The notes below the pieces were generated by a model, which was not told where the DNA came from, ran no database searches, and was given only the letters and a program-made list of their open reading frames with translations. From Felis catus (taxonomy: Eukaryota), in assembly GCF_018350175.1 (NCBI RefSeq), contig NC_058368.1, forward strand, positions 143,160,001 through 143,224,000: a stretch of DNA of 64,000 bases. The letters run 5' to 3'. The position numbers were made by a program, and so were the translations under genes. This document shows, one piece after another, positions 51,684 through 63,999 of this stretch. The stretch's first letter is position 1, and each line of letters begins with the position of its first letter.

Positions 51684-52574
51684 AATAGATATTTTTCCAA
51701 AGATGTCCAGATGGCTAAAAGAAAAGATGCTCAACATACCTAATCATCAGTGAAATGCAAATCAAAACCATAATGAGATACCACTTCACACCAGACAGAA
51801 TGGTTAAAATTAACAACACAAGAAACAATAAGTGTTGGTGAGGATGTGGAGACAGGGGAACCTTCTTGCACTGTTGGTGGGAATGCAAACTGGTACAGCC
51901 ACTCTGGAAAACAGTATGGAGGTTCCTCAAAAAGTTAAAAATAGAACTACTAGATATTTACCCAAAGGATACAAAGTACAGAATCTAACAGGTACACACA
52001 CCCTGATGTTTATAGAAGCATTATCAACAATAGCCAAACTATGGAGAGAGCCCAAATGTCCACTGATTGATGAATGGATACAGAAGATATGGTATACATG
52101 TACAATGGACTATTACTCAGCCATCAAAGAGAATGAAATCTTGCCATTTGCAACAATGTGGATGGAGACAGAGTATATAATGCTAAACGAAGTAAGTCTG
52201 TCAGAGAATGACAAATACCAAATTATTTCATTCATTCATGTGGAATTTAAGAAACAAAACGGATGAACATATGGGAAGGGGAAAAAAAGAAAAAAGGGAG
52301 TGGAAAACAAACCATAAGAGAATCTTAAAGATAGAGAACTGAGGGTTGATGGAGGGAGGAGTGTGGGGCATGGCCTAGATGGGTGATAGGTATTAAGGAG
52401 GGCACTTGGTATGATGAGCACTGGGTGTTGTATGTAAGTGATGAATCAGTGAATTCTGTTCCTGAAACCAATATTGCACTGTATGTTAACTAACTGGAAT
52501 TTAAATAAAAATTTGAAAAGAAAAATAAAAGAATCAATGCAACAAAAATAAATGAATAGGGCATATTTTTACCA

Positions 52575-53245
52575 ATTATTTTATTTATTTTTATTATTTT
52601 TTTTAACGTTTATTTATTTTTGAGACAGAGAGAGACAGACCATGAACAGGGGAGGGGCAGAGAGAGAGGGAGACACAGAATCCAAAGCAGGCTCCAGGCT
52701 CTGAGCTGTCAGCCCAGAGCCTGATGTGGGGCTCGAACTCACGGACTGCGAGATCATGACCTGAGTTGAAGTCGGACACTTAACCGACTGAGACACCCAG
52801 GTGCCCCTTTACTAATTATTTTAATATAAAAAATCAATGAAGAAAAAAGTCACTCAAAAATCAGATAAGGAAGTAAATGTACCCCTACTACCACCATTCA
52901 TAAAAGCTGCTCCACATACTTTGGAAAGATAAAAAGCTAGAAAACTGGAAGGTTTCATAATTTTAGATAGAAAAACTAAAGCCTAGTGATGTGCTTTTAA
53001 AAAATATCGATAGGGGAACCTGGGTGGCTCAGTCAGTTAAGCTCTTGATTTCAGCTCAGCTTATGATCTTGAGGCTCGTGAGTTTCAGCCCCACATTGGG
53101 CTCCAGCGGCACTGGCAGTGTGGGGCTGCTTGGGATTCTCTCTCTCTCTCCATCTCTCTCTCTCTGCCCCTCCCCAACTCAGGCACGCACTCTCTCTTTC
53201 ACTCTCAATCTCAAAAGAAAGAAACTTAAAAAAAAAAATAAAAAA
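52575..53245. mobile_element. Head-to-head Can-SINE pair: minus 52575-52807, plus 53012-53245
   Basis: Two full units about 200 bp apart. Confidence 0.88.
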
Positions 53246-53429
53246 TATTAACATTTTTATAAAGGAATTCTTCCTCTCCATTAAGTTCTTTTTATCAGTT
53301 AAAGAAACTATCAATTACCGTTTAAGAGATAAACACAAGGAAAGCATATTGCTGTATTTGTCAAAGCACAGATTTCTAAAGCTACCAACTAAGGGGAGGA
53401 AATCACTAACCAACTAGAGTATCAATGGA

Positions 53430-55830
53430 AAAAAACGTCAAAAAACTAGGAATATAAAAAGCATCTATGAAAAATCTGTAGATACTGTCATACTTAATGA
53501 TAAAAAACTTAAAGCTTCCCCCCCTAAGATAATGAACAAGACAAGGATGTCCACTCTTGTCCCTTCTATTCAGCATATACTGGAGGTTCTAGACAGGGCA
53601 ATTGGTCAAGAAAATGAAATAAAATCTAGATGGGAAAGGAAGAAATGTTATTATCTCTATTTGCAGATGACATGATTTTGTATATAAACATCCTAAGGAA
53701 GTAACTAGAAACTATTAAAATTATGTGTTTTGCAAGTTTATGGGACACAAGATCACTGTATAAAAACCATCTTATTTCTATATACTAGGAATGAACAATT
53801 AGAAAGTGAAATTAAGAAAATAATTTCAATAACAGCATCAAAAAAACAATATTTAGGAATATATCTAACAAAAGAAACGTAAAAATTACATTCTGAAAAC
53901 TAAACAACACTATTGAAAGAAAATGCAGAGGTAAATAAATAGGAAAACATCCCAGGTTCACTGACTGACAGACTTCACATTAAGATGACCCATGAAATTG
54001 TTCTACAGATTCAAGGCAATTCCTATCAAAATTCCAATGGGCTTCTTTACAGAAACTCACAGGCTGATCCGAAAACTTATGCAGAAATTCTAGGGTCTCA
54101 GAATAGTTGAAGCAGTCTTGAAAAGGAAGAATAAAGTTGGAGGACCTAAATTCCGAATTTCAAAACATACTACAAACTTATAATCGTGAAGACAGTGTGG
54201 TACTGGCATAGTATAGATAGATCAGTGTGTTAGAATTCAGAGTTCAAAAATAAACCCTCAAATGTACAGTCAACTGATTTTTGACAAGGATGCCAAGCCA
54301 ATTCAATAAGACAAGAATGATCTGTTCAACAAATAGTGCCAGGACAAGTGGATATCCACAGGCAAAAGAATGAAGTGGAGCCTCTATCTCACAATGTACA
54401 GAAAAAAATAACTCAAAAATTAGCCTAAATGTAAGAATTCAGACTGTAAAATGCTCAGAAAAAAACACGTGTAAACCTTCATTACCTTGAATTACAACAC
54501 GGTTTCTTAGATGTGACACGAAAGTGTAAGAAATGGAACAAAGTAGGTAAATTAGACTTAATTAAAATGTAAAGCTTTTGTGTTGCAAAGGACACAATCA
54601 AGAAGTGGAAAAGACAGGGGCACCTGGGTGGCTCAGTTGCTTAAACATCCGACTTCGGCTCAAATCATGATCTCATAGTTTGTGGGTCTGAGCCCCACAG
54701 CAGGCTCTGTGCTGACAGCTCAGAGCCTGGAGCCTGCTTCAGATTCTCCGTCTCCCTCTCTTTCTGCCCCTCCCTTTCATGCTCTTTCAAAAATAAATAA
54801 ATTTTTTAAAAAATTAAAAAAAAAAAAAAAGAAGGGGAAAAGGCAACCTACAGAATTGGAGGGAATATCTGCAAACCATTATCTGATCAGGGGTTTCTAT
54901 ATCCGGAATATATAAAGAATTACAACCTAACAACAAAGACCAAACAACCCAACTGAAAATGGACAAAGGATCTGAGTAGCCATTTCTCCAAAGAAGATAT
55001 ACAAGTGGCCAACAAGCACATGAAAAGATACCCAATAATATTAGCTATCAGGGAAATATGTACAATTCGAAACCATAATGAGATAGCGTTTAACACCTAC
55101 TAGGATAGCTATAATCAAAAAGACATCTAACACCAAGTGTTTCTGATAATGTAAAGAAACTGGAACCCTTATACACTGCTGCTGTAAATGGCGCAGCTGC
55201 TTTTGCAAAAACAGTTTGGCAGCTCCTCTAAAGGTTAAACATCAAATTACCATATGACCCAACAATTCTAGTTGTACAATATATGTGGAGAACTGAAAAC
55301 ATATAGCCACACAAAAACCTGTACACAAATATTCACAGCAGCAGCATTGTTCGTAACAATGGTGTAACGTTCAAAAAGTGAAAACAACACAAATGTCTAC
55401 CAACTAATGAGTGGATTAATAAAGTCTAGTATATCCGCACAATGGAGTATCATCCAGCAATACAAGGAAATGAAGTATTGATACACTCTACAATGCGGAT
55501 GAACCTTGAAAAACTCATTCTCAGTAAAGAATTCAGTCACAAAAGACCAGATATATAATTCTATTGATACAGACTATCTAGAATGGGCAAATCTACAGAG
55601 ACAGAAAATCAGTGATTGCCTTGGGTTGGGGGAAGGAGGGACAGTGCGTGAAAGGGAAAAAGAAAGTAACTGCTAATGGGTACAGGGCTTTGGGGGAGAT
55701 GATGAAAATGTTTTAAAATTGACTGTGGTATTGGCTGCACAACTCTACAAAATATATTAAATACCTCCTGAATTGTACACTTGATACAGGTAAATGGCTA
55801 AGTGTGTGAATTACACCTCAATAAAGTAGT
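53430..55830 (+). mobile_element. Old L1 (L1MB-like) ORF2 3' half and 3'UTR, with nested + Can-SINE 54617-54830
   Basis: ctatttgcagatgacatgattttgtat (LFADDMILY) at ~53657; 3' end tgtgaattacacctcaataaag. Confidence 0.85.
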
Positions 55831-56420
55831 TACTAAAATTACTGATGGTAATATTAATAGCTAAGTGGATCCTGTTAGAATTTAAAAGGTTAAACTGATT
55901 ATTCTTTATATTAATATCTTTGTCGGCCCTGTCTAGTATATGGTGTACTTTTCTTGGTAATGATCAAGATGTACCAACTTCTCTGTCATCTCAGTAATGG
56001 TAAAAACACACATTTATTTGCTCAACAAATTCACTAATTTATCTATTACATATCTAAATGGCTTGAAACTATATGAGACACCAAGAAATGCAAGCCAGTA
56101 AGACTTACTCCACAAGCTAAGAATCTAGTAGATGAATTTAACAAGTAATGGTAAATATGGGTTGAACAATGACAAATATCCAGATGAAAAGTATCTTGAA
56201 ATGTGACACAGAAAACAAACCTTCTTGGAGTTTAGCAGCAGGAGTGCTGCCTCAACCAGGATGGACCCTAATGATCAATGTCTTTGGAGACCTCTCTGTT
56301 CTAATCTAGCCATTAGCAAACACTGATGCTGCATACCCTTTCCCTGGACTCGCTTCCACTTCTGTAAAATGACGTGGGTAGACGATGTAATATAAAGTTC
56401 CTTCTATCTCCAAAGTTCTA

Positions 56421-56612
56421 TTTGTTTGTTTATTTTTGAGAGAGAGAGTGCAAGGAGGAGAGGGGCAGAGAGAGAAGGAGACACAGAATCCAAAGCAGGC
56501 TCCAGGCTCTGAGCTGTCAGCACAGAGCCTGACGTTGGGCTCAAACTTACAAACCGCGAGATCATGACCGAGCCAAAGCTGGACGCTTGACCGACTGAGC
56601 CACCCAGCGCCC
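56421..56612 (-). mobile_element. Can-SINE
   Basis: Perfect 17-bp TSD ctatctccaaagttcta (56404-56420, 56613-56629). Confidence 0.93.
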
Positions 56613-57459
56613 CTATCTCCAAAGTTCTAATATCGACGTTTAGACTTCAGTTTAGTCCAGTCATAAAAATTAACTCTTTTGTTTCCACTGGATACACGGC
56701 CAAGTTAAATTGTCAGAGGAAAATGGCAAAATGATGGAAAATAAATACAAGTAAAATGTACATTTATTTAACTGGTTAGTCATATTTACATTTTATATAC
56801 CCTATAAGGTTTAGTCCCTAGGGCATGACTACCTTCAATACTTTTCAGTGTACTGTGAGCTTATTGCCATATGAAATGTGTTCTCTCAATCTTTACTTCT
56901 GTGAAAAGTACATAGTACAATTCTTAATTTAAAAAAAAAATCAGTAGTCCTGAAATTCACTTCTTTGAGTCAAATAATAAGTGCTTGTGTTGACCTTGGT
57001 AAGAGATGAAATTTTTAAAAAACACATTTTGGTCACAATTGGTTTTAAAAACAAAGAATATAAGTATTGCCTAATTTTACAAAAAAAAAAATACATCACT
57101 GAAACATTCTGCAGTGCTTTTTAGATAAAAAGAAAAATTATTATCAAAAGGATAAAAAATTATTCTGTTACAATAAAGCATTTTAGCATCTTTCACATTA
57201 TTCAGGTACTTAAGAACATTGTTTATTAACACACTATTTTTAAAATTTCTTTATACAAACTAGGAAATTTCGAAAAAAATTAGACTAAGTCAGTTAAACT
57301 CAAGACTTAAATTTGTTAAGAGTGACTGAATTTCAAAGAATATAGCTAGTTTTACATTTTAGTTTCAAAGTTTTATGAACCTGTAGGTGTAACTTCAGTT
57401 GACTGAAGCCCTACCAAGGGTATTCAGTGCATGTACTCAATTTTTGTAAGGGAAACTGT

Positions 57460-57900
57460 TGCATTCATATTTACTGACTGTCTACCATGCTAAACACCAG
57501 GAATACAAATGGATAAAACACAATCCCTGCCGCAGGAGAAACTGATAATTTCATGTTAACCTCCACATATTAAGTTAGGAGGTAATAGAGATTTAATAGA
57601 GGAGGACATGTAATTCAACATGAGGGCACCAGAGTAAGGTTTACTGGAGGCAGTGGTGCTGAAGCTTGAAGGATATGTAGGGGTCAAACAGTCGGTGGCT
57701 GAATTAAAGGCAGAGGTGGGTGACAGGCAGTATGGAGTGTGGGTACACGGCCATTGCAAAGAGAAGGAAGGACATTCCCAAAACAAGGAAGCAAAGACTT
57801 GCAGATGAGAAACAGCATGGTTGCTGCTATATGGAGAACTACAAGCAATTTGGGGCAACAGCAACAGCAGCACAGGATGATGAGGCTGAGGAAGCCTCAT
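57460..57900 (-). mobile_element. Probable L2 relic
   Basis: atatttactgactgtctaccatgc...aaaacacaatccctgcc...cttgaaggatatgtagg...cattccca...agcaaagac resembles the reverse L2 3' region. Confidence 0.6.
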
Positions 57901-59265
57901 CTGATGACCATGGAGTGGTCTATATATATATATACCATGCCACTGAAACCGTGTGATTTTTGTTTGTGAACGAACACCTGTCAGAGTAATATGTCACCAA
58001 AGAGGATATACCCAGGATTCATCTGCACATATATCCTCCCAAATACCTCCACCAAGAGTTTATAAGTTATTACAACAACAAATATTACTAGCTAGAAATT
58101 GCTTAAAATTCTCCCCACGAGTTAAACCATTTGTAAATCAAAGTTTCCTCTGGAAAGTGTAGACTAGAAACCGGATGGGTCATCTAGTCCCCACCCCTCT
58201 GTGTGACCTTATTTTTTAAAAACTTTATTACCTTCAGATGAACCTTGCACACTTCACTTTACTACAGACCTCACCATTTCTTTCACACCACAAGTGTCAC
58301 ACATTTACATAGCCTGTTTGACCTCTGCCTCTGTACACATCTTGATCTTGTCCCTTACTTCTCTAATAAGAGGGAAAATGGGAAGCCAAATTCAAAGAAC
58401 ATTTTCCTCTAAGTCCTAGAACTGAACTATCCATATCACATACCTCCCTTCCAACAGAATCTCCACTATGGTCTTTTAAAAACAGAAATGAAACAATAAA
58501 AGGAAATTTAAAAGCCCTCTACAGGGAAGAGATCATAGTTAATCTAGGATCTCCAGCTAGTAATTTTGAAAATAGAAGCTCACAATCACTGGAATGGACT
58601 GGTAAACATTCTTTCCCATTAATGACACTGGTAGGGGGAAGAAGGAGAAGAGACTAATCCCTGATGGAGGTGAATTAGTAATGTCTTTGTCTCATATGAA
58701 TAGTATTTTTCTTCTTACAAATAACCTGTATTAAGTGTTAACACCTTGAAAAAATGCTTCAGCAAATTTCCACATTTTCTTCAAAATATTTTAGAAGACA
58801 TTAGAAGAGAATAAGGATTAGTTCTTGAAAAACGCAAAGTAAAAATTTAAGTATACTTATTTAGAAAGCTAATAAAGTAAACACTTCGAGTCACTAAACT
58901 CTATTTTTTTATTGCCTGTTATTCAAAAATACATACATTGTTTCTCACTTCCCAGAGAATGTAAATTGTATCTAATACTGAATTACTATAGCACCTCTTA
59001 TAAAATGATACCTGTTCACAATGAAGGTAAAGGAAATTCTGACATTTCTAAATTGTTAAGTTACAATCTTTCATAATCTGTCTTAGTTAATTTTTTAAAA
59101 ACCTACTCTAAATTTTGAGGTTCCATGGTGGAAAAATAACAATAATTATGTCATTTTTAACTGTTACTATAAGGGAAATCCTACAACTTAAATTTTCATC
59201 TATAATTATATTCATGATAAAGCACTTCTTGTGAACTCAAGTCCCAGTTTTACACACAAAACCTT

Positions 59266-59486
59266 AAAAAAAATTTTTTTTTAATATTTTTATTTATTTT
59301 TGAGACAGAGACAGAGCATAAGCAGGGGAAGGGCAGAGAGAGTGGGAGACAGAATCTGAAGCAGGCTCCAGGCTCTGAGTTGCCAGCACAGAGCCCGACG
59401 CGGGGCTCGAACTCATGGAACTGCGAGATCATGACCTGAGCTGAAGTCAGATAGATACTTAACCGACTGAACCACCCAGGCGCCCC
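59266..59486 (-). mobile_element. Can-SINE
   Basis: TSD-like tacacacaaaacctta / tacacacaaaatctta. Confidence 0.92.
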
Positions 59487-59539
59487 ATACACACAAAATC
59501 TTATCCAAACAAGAGTCAGCCACAGAAATTATATCTATT

Positions 59540-59606
59540 TTAGTTCCCAACTAAAATCTTGTAAATTTTGCCTACTATCCATAAAAGGGGGAGACAGAAG
59601 GCACAG
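59540..59606 (-). CDS. Candidate alternative terminal exon coding segment (Ania-3-like)
   Basis: Acceptor gttctatactctccacag|C. With the phase-2 junction from exon 5 it reads (S)CAFCLPLLWIVGKIYKILVGN-TAA. Positional inference only; peptide identity to Ania-3 not verified. Confidence 0.3.
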
Positions 59607-60780
59607 CTGTGGAGAGTATAGAACCCCAGAACTCAAAACTTTTTTCTTGTTTCTATCATCTTTCAAGTACAAACTGTATTTGATTCAAGATAAAGCACTT
59701 CTTAACAATTCTAACATATAAGTAAAACTGTGTGTAACATTTCCAATGAAAATTAGTTTTTGAAACTATACAAAAATCCCTCATCAGTTTTAAAATAGTA
59801 GCTTTCTGAAACTCTGATAATGGATGAATTAATCTATTAAATAGGAATGAAATGAACCCACCCAGATTCCATAAATTTGAGTAAAATTATAGTTATACTG
59901 ATTTAAAGCAAAATCAATGTACTAAAGAGTGATATTTCTGATATATCCTTTAATGAGTATCTGTTGGAAACACACAAAGTGGCAGAAAAATCTCTTTAAC
60001 AGAAGATACATGCAGTACCCCCAAAATGTAGAAGTTCTAGCAGCACCATAAGAATATATTATTGAAACATTAAAAGAATGTAAATATAATCAGTGCTTAA
60101 AAGAACCTTTTTTCCATTAAGATAACCAAAACGTTATTAAAATTCGTCACTACGAAAATAGTTTCACAAACTACTAATGCATGTGTATGTCTGTTCTGGA
60201 CTCTCAGAAATATGGTAACAGCACTTATTTATCAACATATTCCTGTATATTTGGGAGCATAAATTTACAATGAACAAAATAAAAAGTTTTAGTTTTCAGT
60301 ATTACGTTGTAACACCAGGACACTAATAAAATTAACTATTTCCAAGAGAATTTTAAACAGCTTTAAATCTTAAAAAAACAAATCCTATATTTTCTTCTTC
60401 TTAAGTGCTAACAAGTAATTTCAGAATTCTATACCGTCAATGTTATGAAGAAACAATAACTCCCTGGAAGGAGAAAACAAAACCTTCACCCAACTGTATA
60501 TGCTGGTCTATTAGCATATAGCTCTTCATTTAGTATATAGCTAATCCAAGACTAAGGTCTCAAAGGATGCCCTGAACACTTCAGTTGGTCAGTGTATACC
60601 TGCTCAGTCCCAAAATGATTTTTATCATTTAGGTTAAAAAATATTTTAAGAAAATATAGCAAGTTAGATAAAACGTAATGCTATTTCCTCAAAGAAATTA
60701 GTGAATATTTTCATCCTCACAAACTCCCTTGTTTACACACCCTAAACTTTAAAAAAGCGTTTAAATAAATACATTATAAG

Positions 60781-60794
60781 TTTATTAATTTATT
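60781..60794 (-). terminator. Tandem polyadenylation signals, candidate Homer1a 3' end
   Basis: Minus strand reads AATAAAttAATAAA in non-SINE sequence, followed by a U-rich then GU-rich tract (gcttttttaaagtttagggtgtgt). Assignment to Homer1a is inferred from position in intron 5. Confidence 0.5.
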
Positions 60795-61014
60795 GAAACT
60801 TACTCAGTGAGAATGTTTTTGCATAGCTTATGGCAAGGGCATAAAACAGTACTTTAGCACTTGACTAAGGAGTATTTAACAGCCCACACATTTCAAAATT
60901 TAGTTCAGCAGTGTAATTACAAATCAAAGAGTAAATAATTCAAGGTAACCTGACAATGCCACTGAATTAGAGAATATAAAAAACTGTACTACCCTCGTAA
61001 ATAAGTTTTTAAAA

Positions 61015-61215
61015 AGCTAAAAAGTAGTTTAAAAAGTATTTGTGGATGAAATTATGTCTGAGATTTGTTTTAAAAATAATACAAAAGTGGAAGAGTGTGC
61101 AGGGATAGAAATGAATTGAGATTAGCCATTTTTTCATAATTCTTGAAGCTGGGTGATGCACTAATGGGAGTTCATTACAGTATTCTTTCATATATATATG
61201 AAAAATTGTATAAGT
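61015..61215 (+). mobile_element. Ancient L1 (L1ME/L1MC-like) 3' fragment
   Basis: tgtctgagatttgttttaaaaataat...gaagctgggtgatg...gggagttcattacagtattct. Confidence 0.55.
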
Positions 61216-63774
61216 TCAAAGAGGAACAAAAAAAATCTTGCTTATATCTTTAAAGCTAGTACTTTTTAAAAAGTACATAAAACTTACAGAGTAAAGAGCC
61301 AACTGTAGCAACATTACTAAAATTTTCAGGACCAAATGAAAATCAGGGCTTTCTTTTGGTATGTTAATTAATTCATGAGATTTGGGCATACAGTTTGAAT
61401 TTTAAGAGCACAAATTGTCTTGCTACGTGCTATTACACCATCAACTCTTAATTAACTTGAATAACTAGATCACTGTTCCCCATATCCTTCCTTTACAAAG
61501 GACAACACACAGACAGAGACATTCGAGTGTTTTGCTCCTTATGTAGCAGTAAGACGGCAGAACAGAGAAATGCTGGCAAAATATTTTTTGTTCATTCTTT
61601 TCTCATGAAATAAGGAAAAAAGGCAAAATAGCCTAAATAAGCCTTAAAAACATAGACTTTAATTGTCTTCCTTTGCCACGGAAAAAAAAAAAAAAAACAA
61701 GTGTTTCAAGTGTAAACACAAGTCTCAGACTTAAGTGAAGATTACTTTAATATTCTTTGTGTTTCTAATTCATGAAACACTGATCCTATGTCTACAGAGT
61801 TCTCCTAGAACAGGAAGTTATTAACTTCCTGACAACAATGTGCATGTTATGGGAATGGAGCTAAAATACACTATTAACCGGCTGTACCTACTGGGGTCAA
61901 AAGGTGATCTGTACTACTACTAAAGTTTTTACTACTGAACAATGTGACCTAGCACAACTCACCTAACCTCTGTGATTTAGTCTCTTCATGTGTCAAAGGT
62001 ACACATTTTCAAACTTGGACGTTTTACACCATGATCCAGAACACACACATAAATCTGTATATGACTAAAATAAAGTTTCTACTTTTAACGTGAATTTTAC
62101 TCTGATGTTTCCTATTTTATTATGTTTCATTTCTCAGAATGCCATGAATAACCTAAATTGATTTCAAACTGCCAGTCTGGAAGATCTTGGTTTATACCAT
62201 CTTTAAGGTCTCTTCTGTTATTTGGGGATTCTAACATTGGCTATAAAACATTCAGTCTTCTATTTCAGGTAGAAATCAAACCAGTTCAGAAAATAATCTT
62301 CAAAAATCTTATAAACTAAAGAATATTTAAAATACTCTAACAGGAGAACTATAAGATTGTGTTAATACCTTTAACATAATTAAAAGCTTAAAATGACCTG
62401 TTAAATTCTTTTCAGAACTCAAAATATCTCCATGGCTAATCTATAGATTCTACCAAAGAAGCTGTATCTTCAAATCAAAGTAAGTCCTATTAGACTCCCA
62501 GGAACAGAGAAAATCAATACATGAATAATTCTAGTTAGTAAATTCAAGTACAAAGGATTAGTAAAACAAACATTCTGAGAATTTGGGGTGTATAAAGTAA
62601 AGCAGAAACAGTTTTTACAAATGTTGAATATAAAAGTTATTTCCAAAGCTACAGTATTCAATGCACATGGCTCATTTAAGTGTTAGCCAAAGAAATCAAG
62701 TTTGTAATTATATGCAGTGCATTTAAGTCTTTGAAATGGGTCTGCTAAATTTAATAGGAATAAAATTTTTCCTTCCCTTGGCATTTTTTTTAAATCTACA
62801 TACTAATCACATTGCTCTTTAATTCTAATTGTATATTCAAAAAAAGTGTGCACTTTATAAATCAATGTGAAAATGCAGTCTTCAGGGAACTCAAAAATTT
62901 TCATGTGTTCAGTAATGTTTGTAACAACAGAAAAGAGAATATGCTTACACTGCAATAGTTAAAGCATGATCTCCATGATAATTCTAAGATATGTCTACTG
63001 TTTTATGCAAAATTACTGCATTTTTAGGAACAAAATTAGAATACCTCAAAATCAAATAGTTTTCCTCACACATTCTTAAAAAAAACCTGTAACTAATTTC
63101 TTCTTCCTCAATCTGACCATGAGGTCTCTCAATGTTTGTCTCTGATATGTATAATCTATGCTGCCTCTAACAGTTAACAAATTCAATCGAAATTAGAATT
63201 CTCATGGAAGAGTTTGGATGATATCACTTCACAATTTTTCTGAATATGCTAAAGAATTTGATTTTTTAAGAAGTGGTCTTGAAAAGAAAATAGTTTTCCT
63301 ATGTTGTGCATCTCTTAACTTTATTTAAAATTACCTAGTCAAAAGTTTCCAAAGGATGAAAATTAATTTTAAGACAGTGACTAATAGGTTTTTGTTTACA
63401 TTTGCAAGGCTACAGTTCCACAGACCTCCCTACATCCTAAAAATACCACAGAATAGCAAATAATTAATGTAACTGGTTTAGAACACATTTAAGATACATT
63501 GTATCTTTTTCAAGTACCAAATTCTTTTAAAATTCAGAAGTATGTGAAGATTTATCTTCTGTTAGTTGATATGCAAAATCTAAATCTGACATTAACACTA
63601 ATAGAAGTGACAATAACTTGTTTCCTTCTGTGAAATCCTATGGTGAGATCACCTCTAAGAGTACGGTAAAGCTTAATTTCAGAGTAGGAAGCCTGTTTTT
63701 TTAAAAAAATGTATAACCCTCAAGAACACAGATGAAAGTGGAAACCAGGTTAACAAAGAGGCCTTTTACGGCTG

Positions 63775-63778
<4 letters not shown>

Positions 63779-63807
<29 letters not shown>

Positions 63808-63963
63808 GTAGAAGAGATTTATAATAAGATATTGTTTCACTGAAAAGTGATTTGTGCTGCAATTAACTAGGTAGCCCTTTTTCTACATAAAGGAAATGTT
63901 CATTCCAGTCCATCTAGCCATCCATAAACTATAAATTATAAAAACCTTTCTGAGGTTAACAGA

Positions 63964-63999
<36 letters not shown>
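63779..63999. repeat. Two stand-alone poly(A) runs (63779-63805, 63970-63999); poly(U) on the HOMER1 strand
   Basis: Seen directly; no adjacent SINE or L1 body recognised. Confidence 0.9.

Larger units (their letters stand above)
45388..52550 (+). mobile_element. Near-full-length, inactivated carnivore L1, antisense to HOMER1
   Basis: GC-richer 5'UTR ~45390-46760. ORF1 start ATG 46768 (MTTWRNSPQKKEQK). ORF2 start ~47970 (ALNSYLSTITLNINGLKAPIKRHRVSEWIK). EN motif IVAGDFNSPL. Decayed RT motif LSLFADNKILYVEN ~49859-49900. 3'UTR and A-rich end. Many stops and frameshifts. Confidence 0.93.

Noticed and set aside
45388..52550. Active retrotransposon
   Set aside because: Both ORFs are broken by stops, frameshifts, an internal deletion and four SINE insertions, and the RT catalytic motif is mutated.
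28211..57243. MEF2-like sites (TTAAAAATAG 28211, CTATTTTTAA 32091 and 57234)
   Set aside because: Expected by chance in AT-rich DNA; not reportable as regulatory sites without conservation data.
57556..57969. Overlapping ORFs including a short QQQQQ run
   Set aside because: They fall in a probable L2 relic; no splice or homology support.
61890..62215. Possible MIR interrupted by a small DNA-transposon relic
   Set aside because: MIR-like motifs are visible, but too decayed for me to assign family or boundaries reliably.
13060..63507. Short palindromes (e.g. ~13060 tccaaca...tgttgga, ~57394 cttcagt..actgaag, 63491-63507 aagatac...gtatctt)
   Set aside because: Stems of 7 bp or so are expected by chance in 64 kb.
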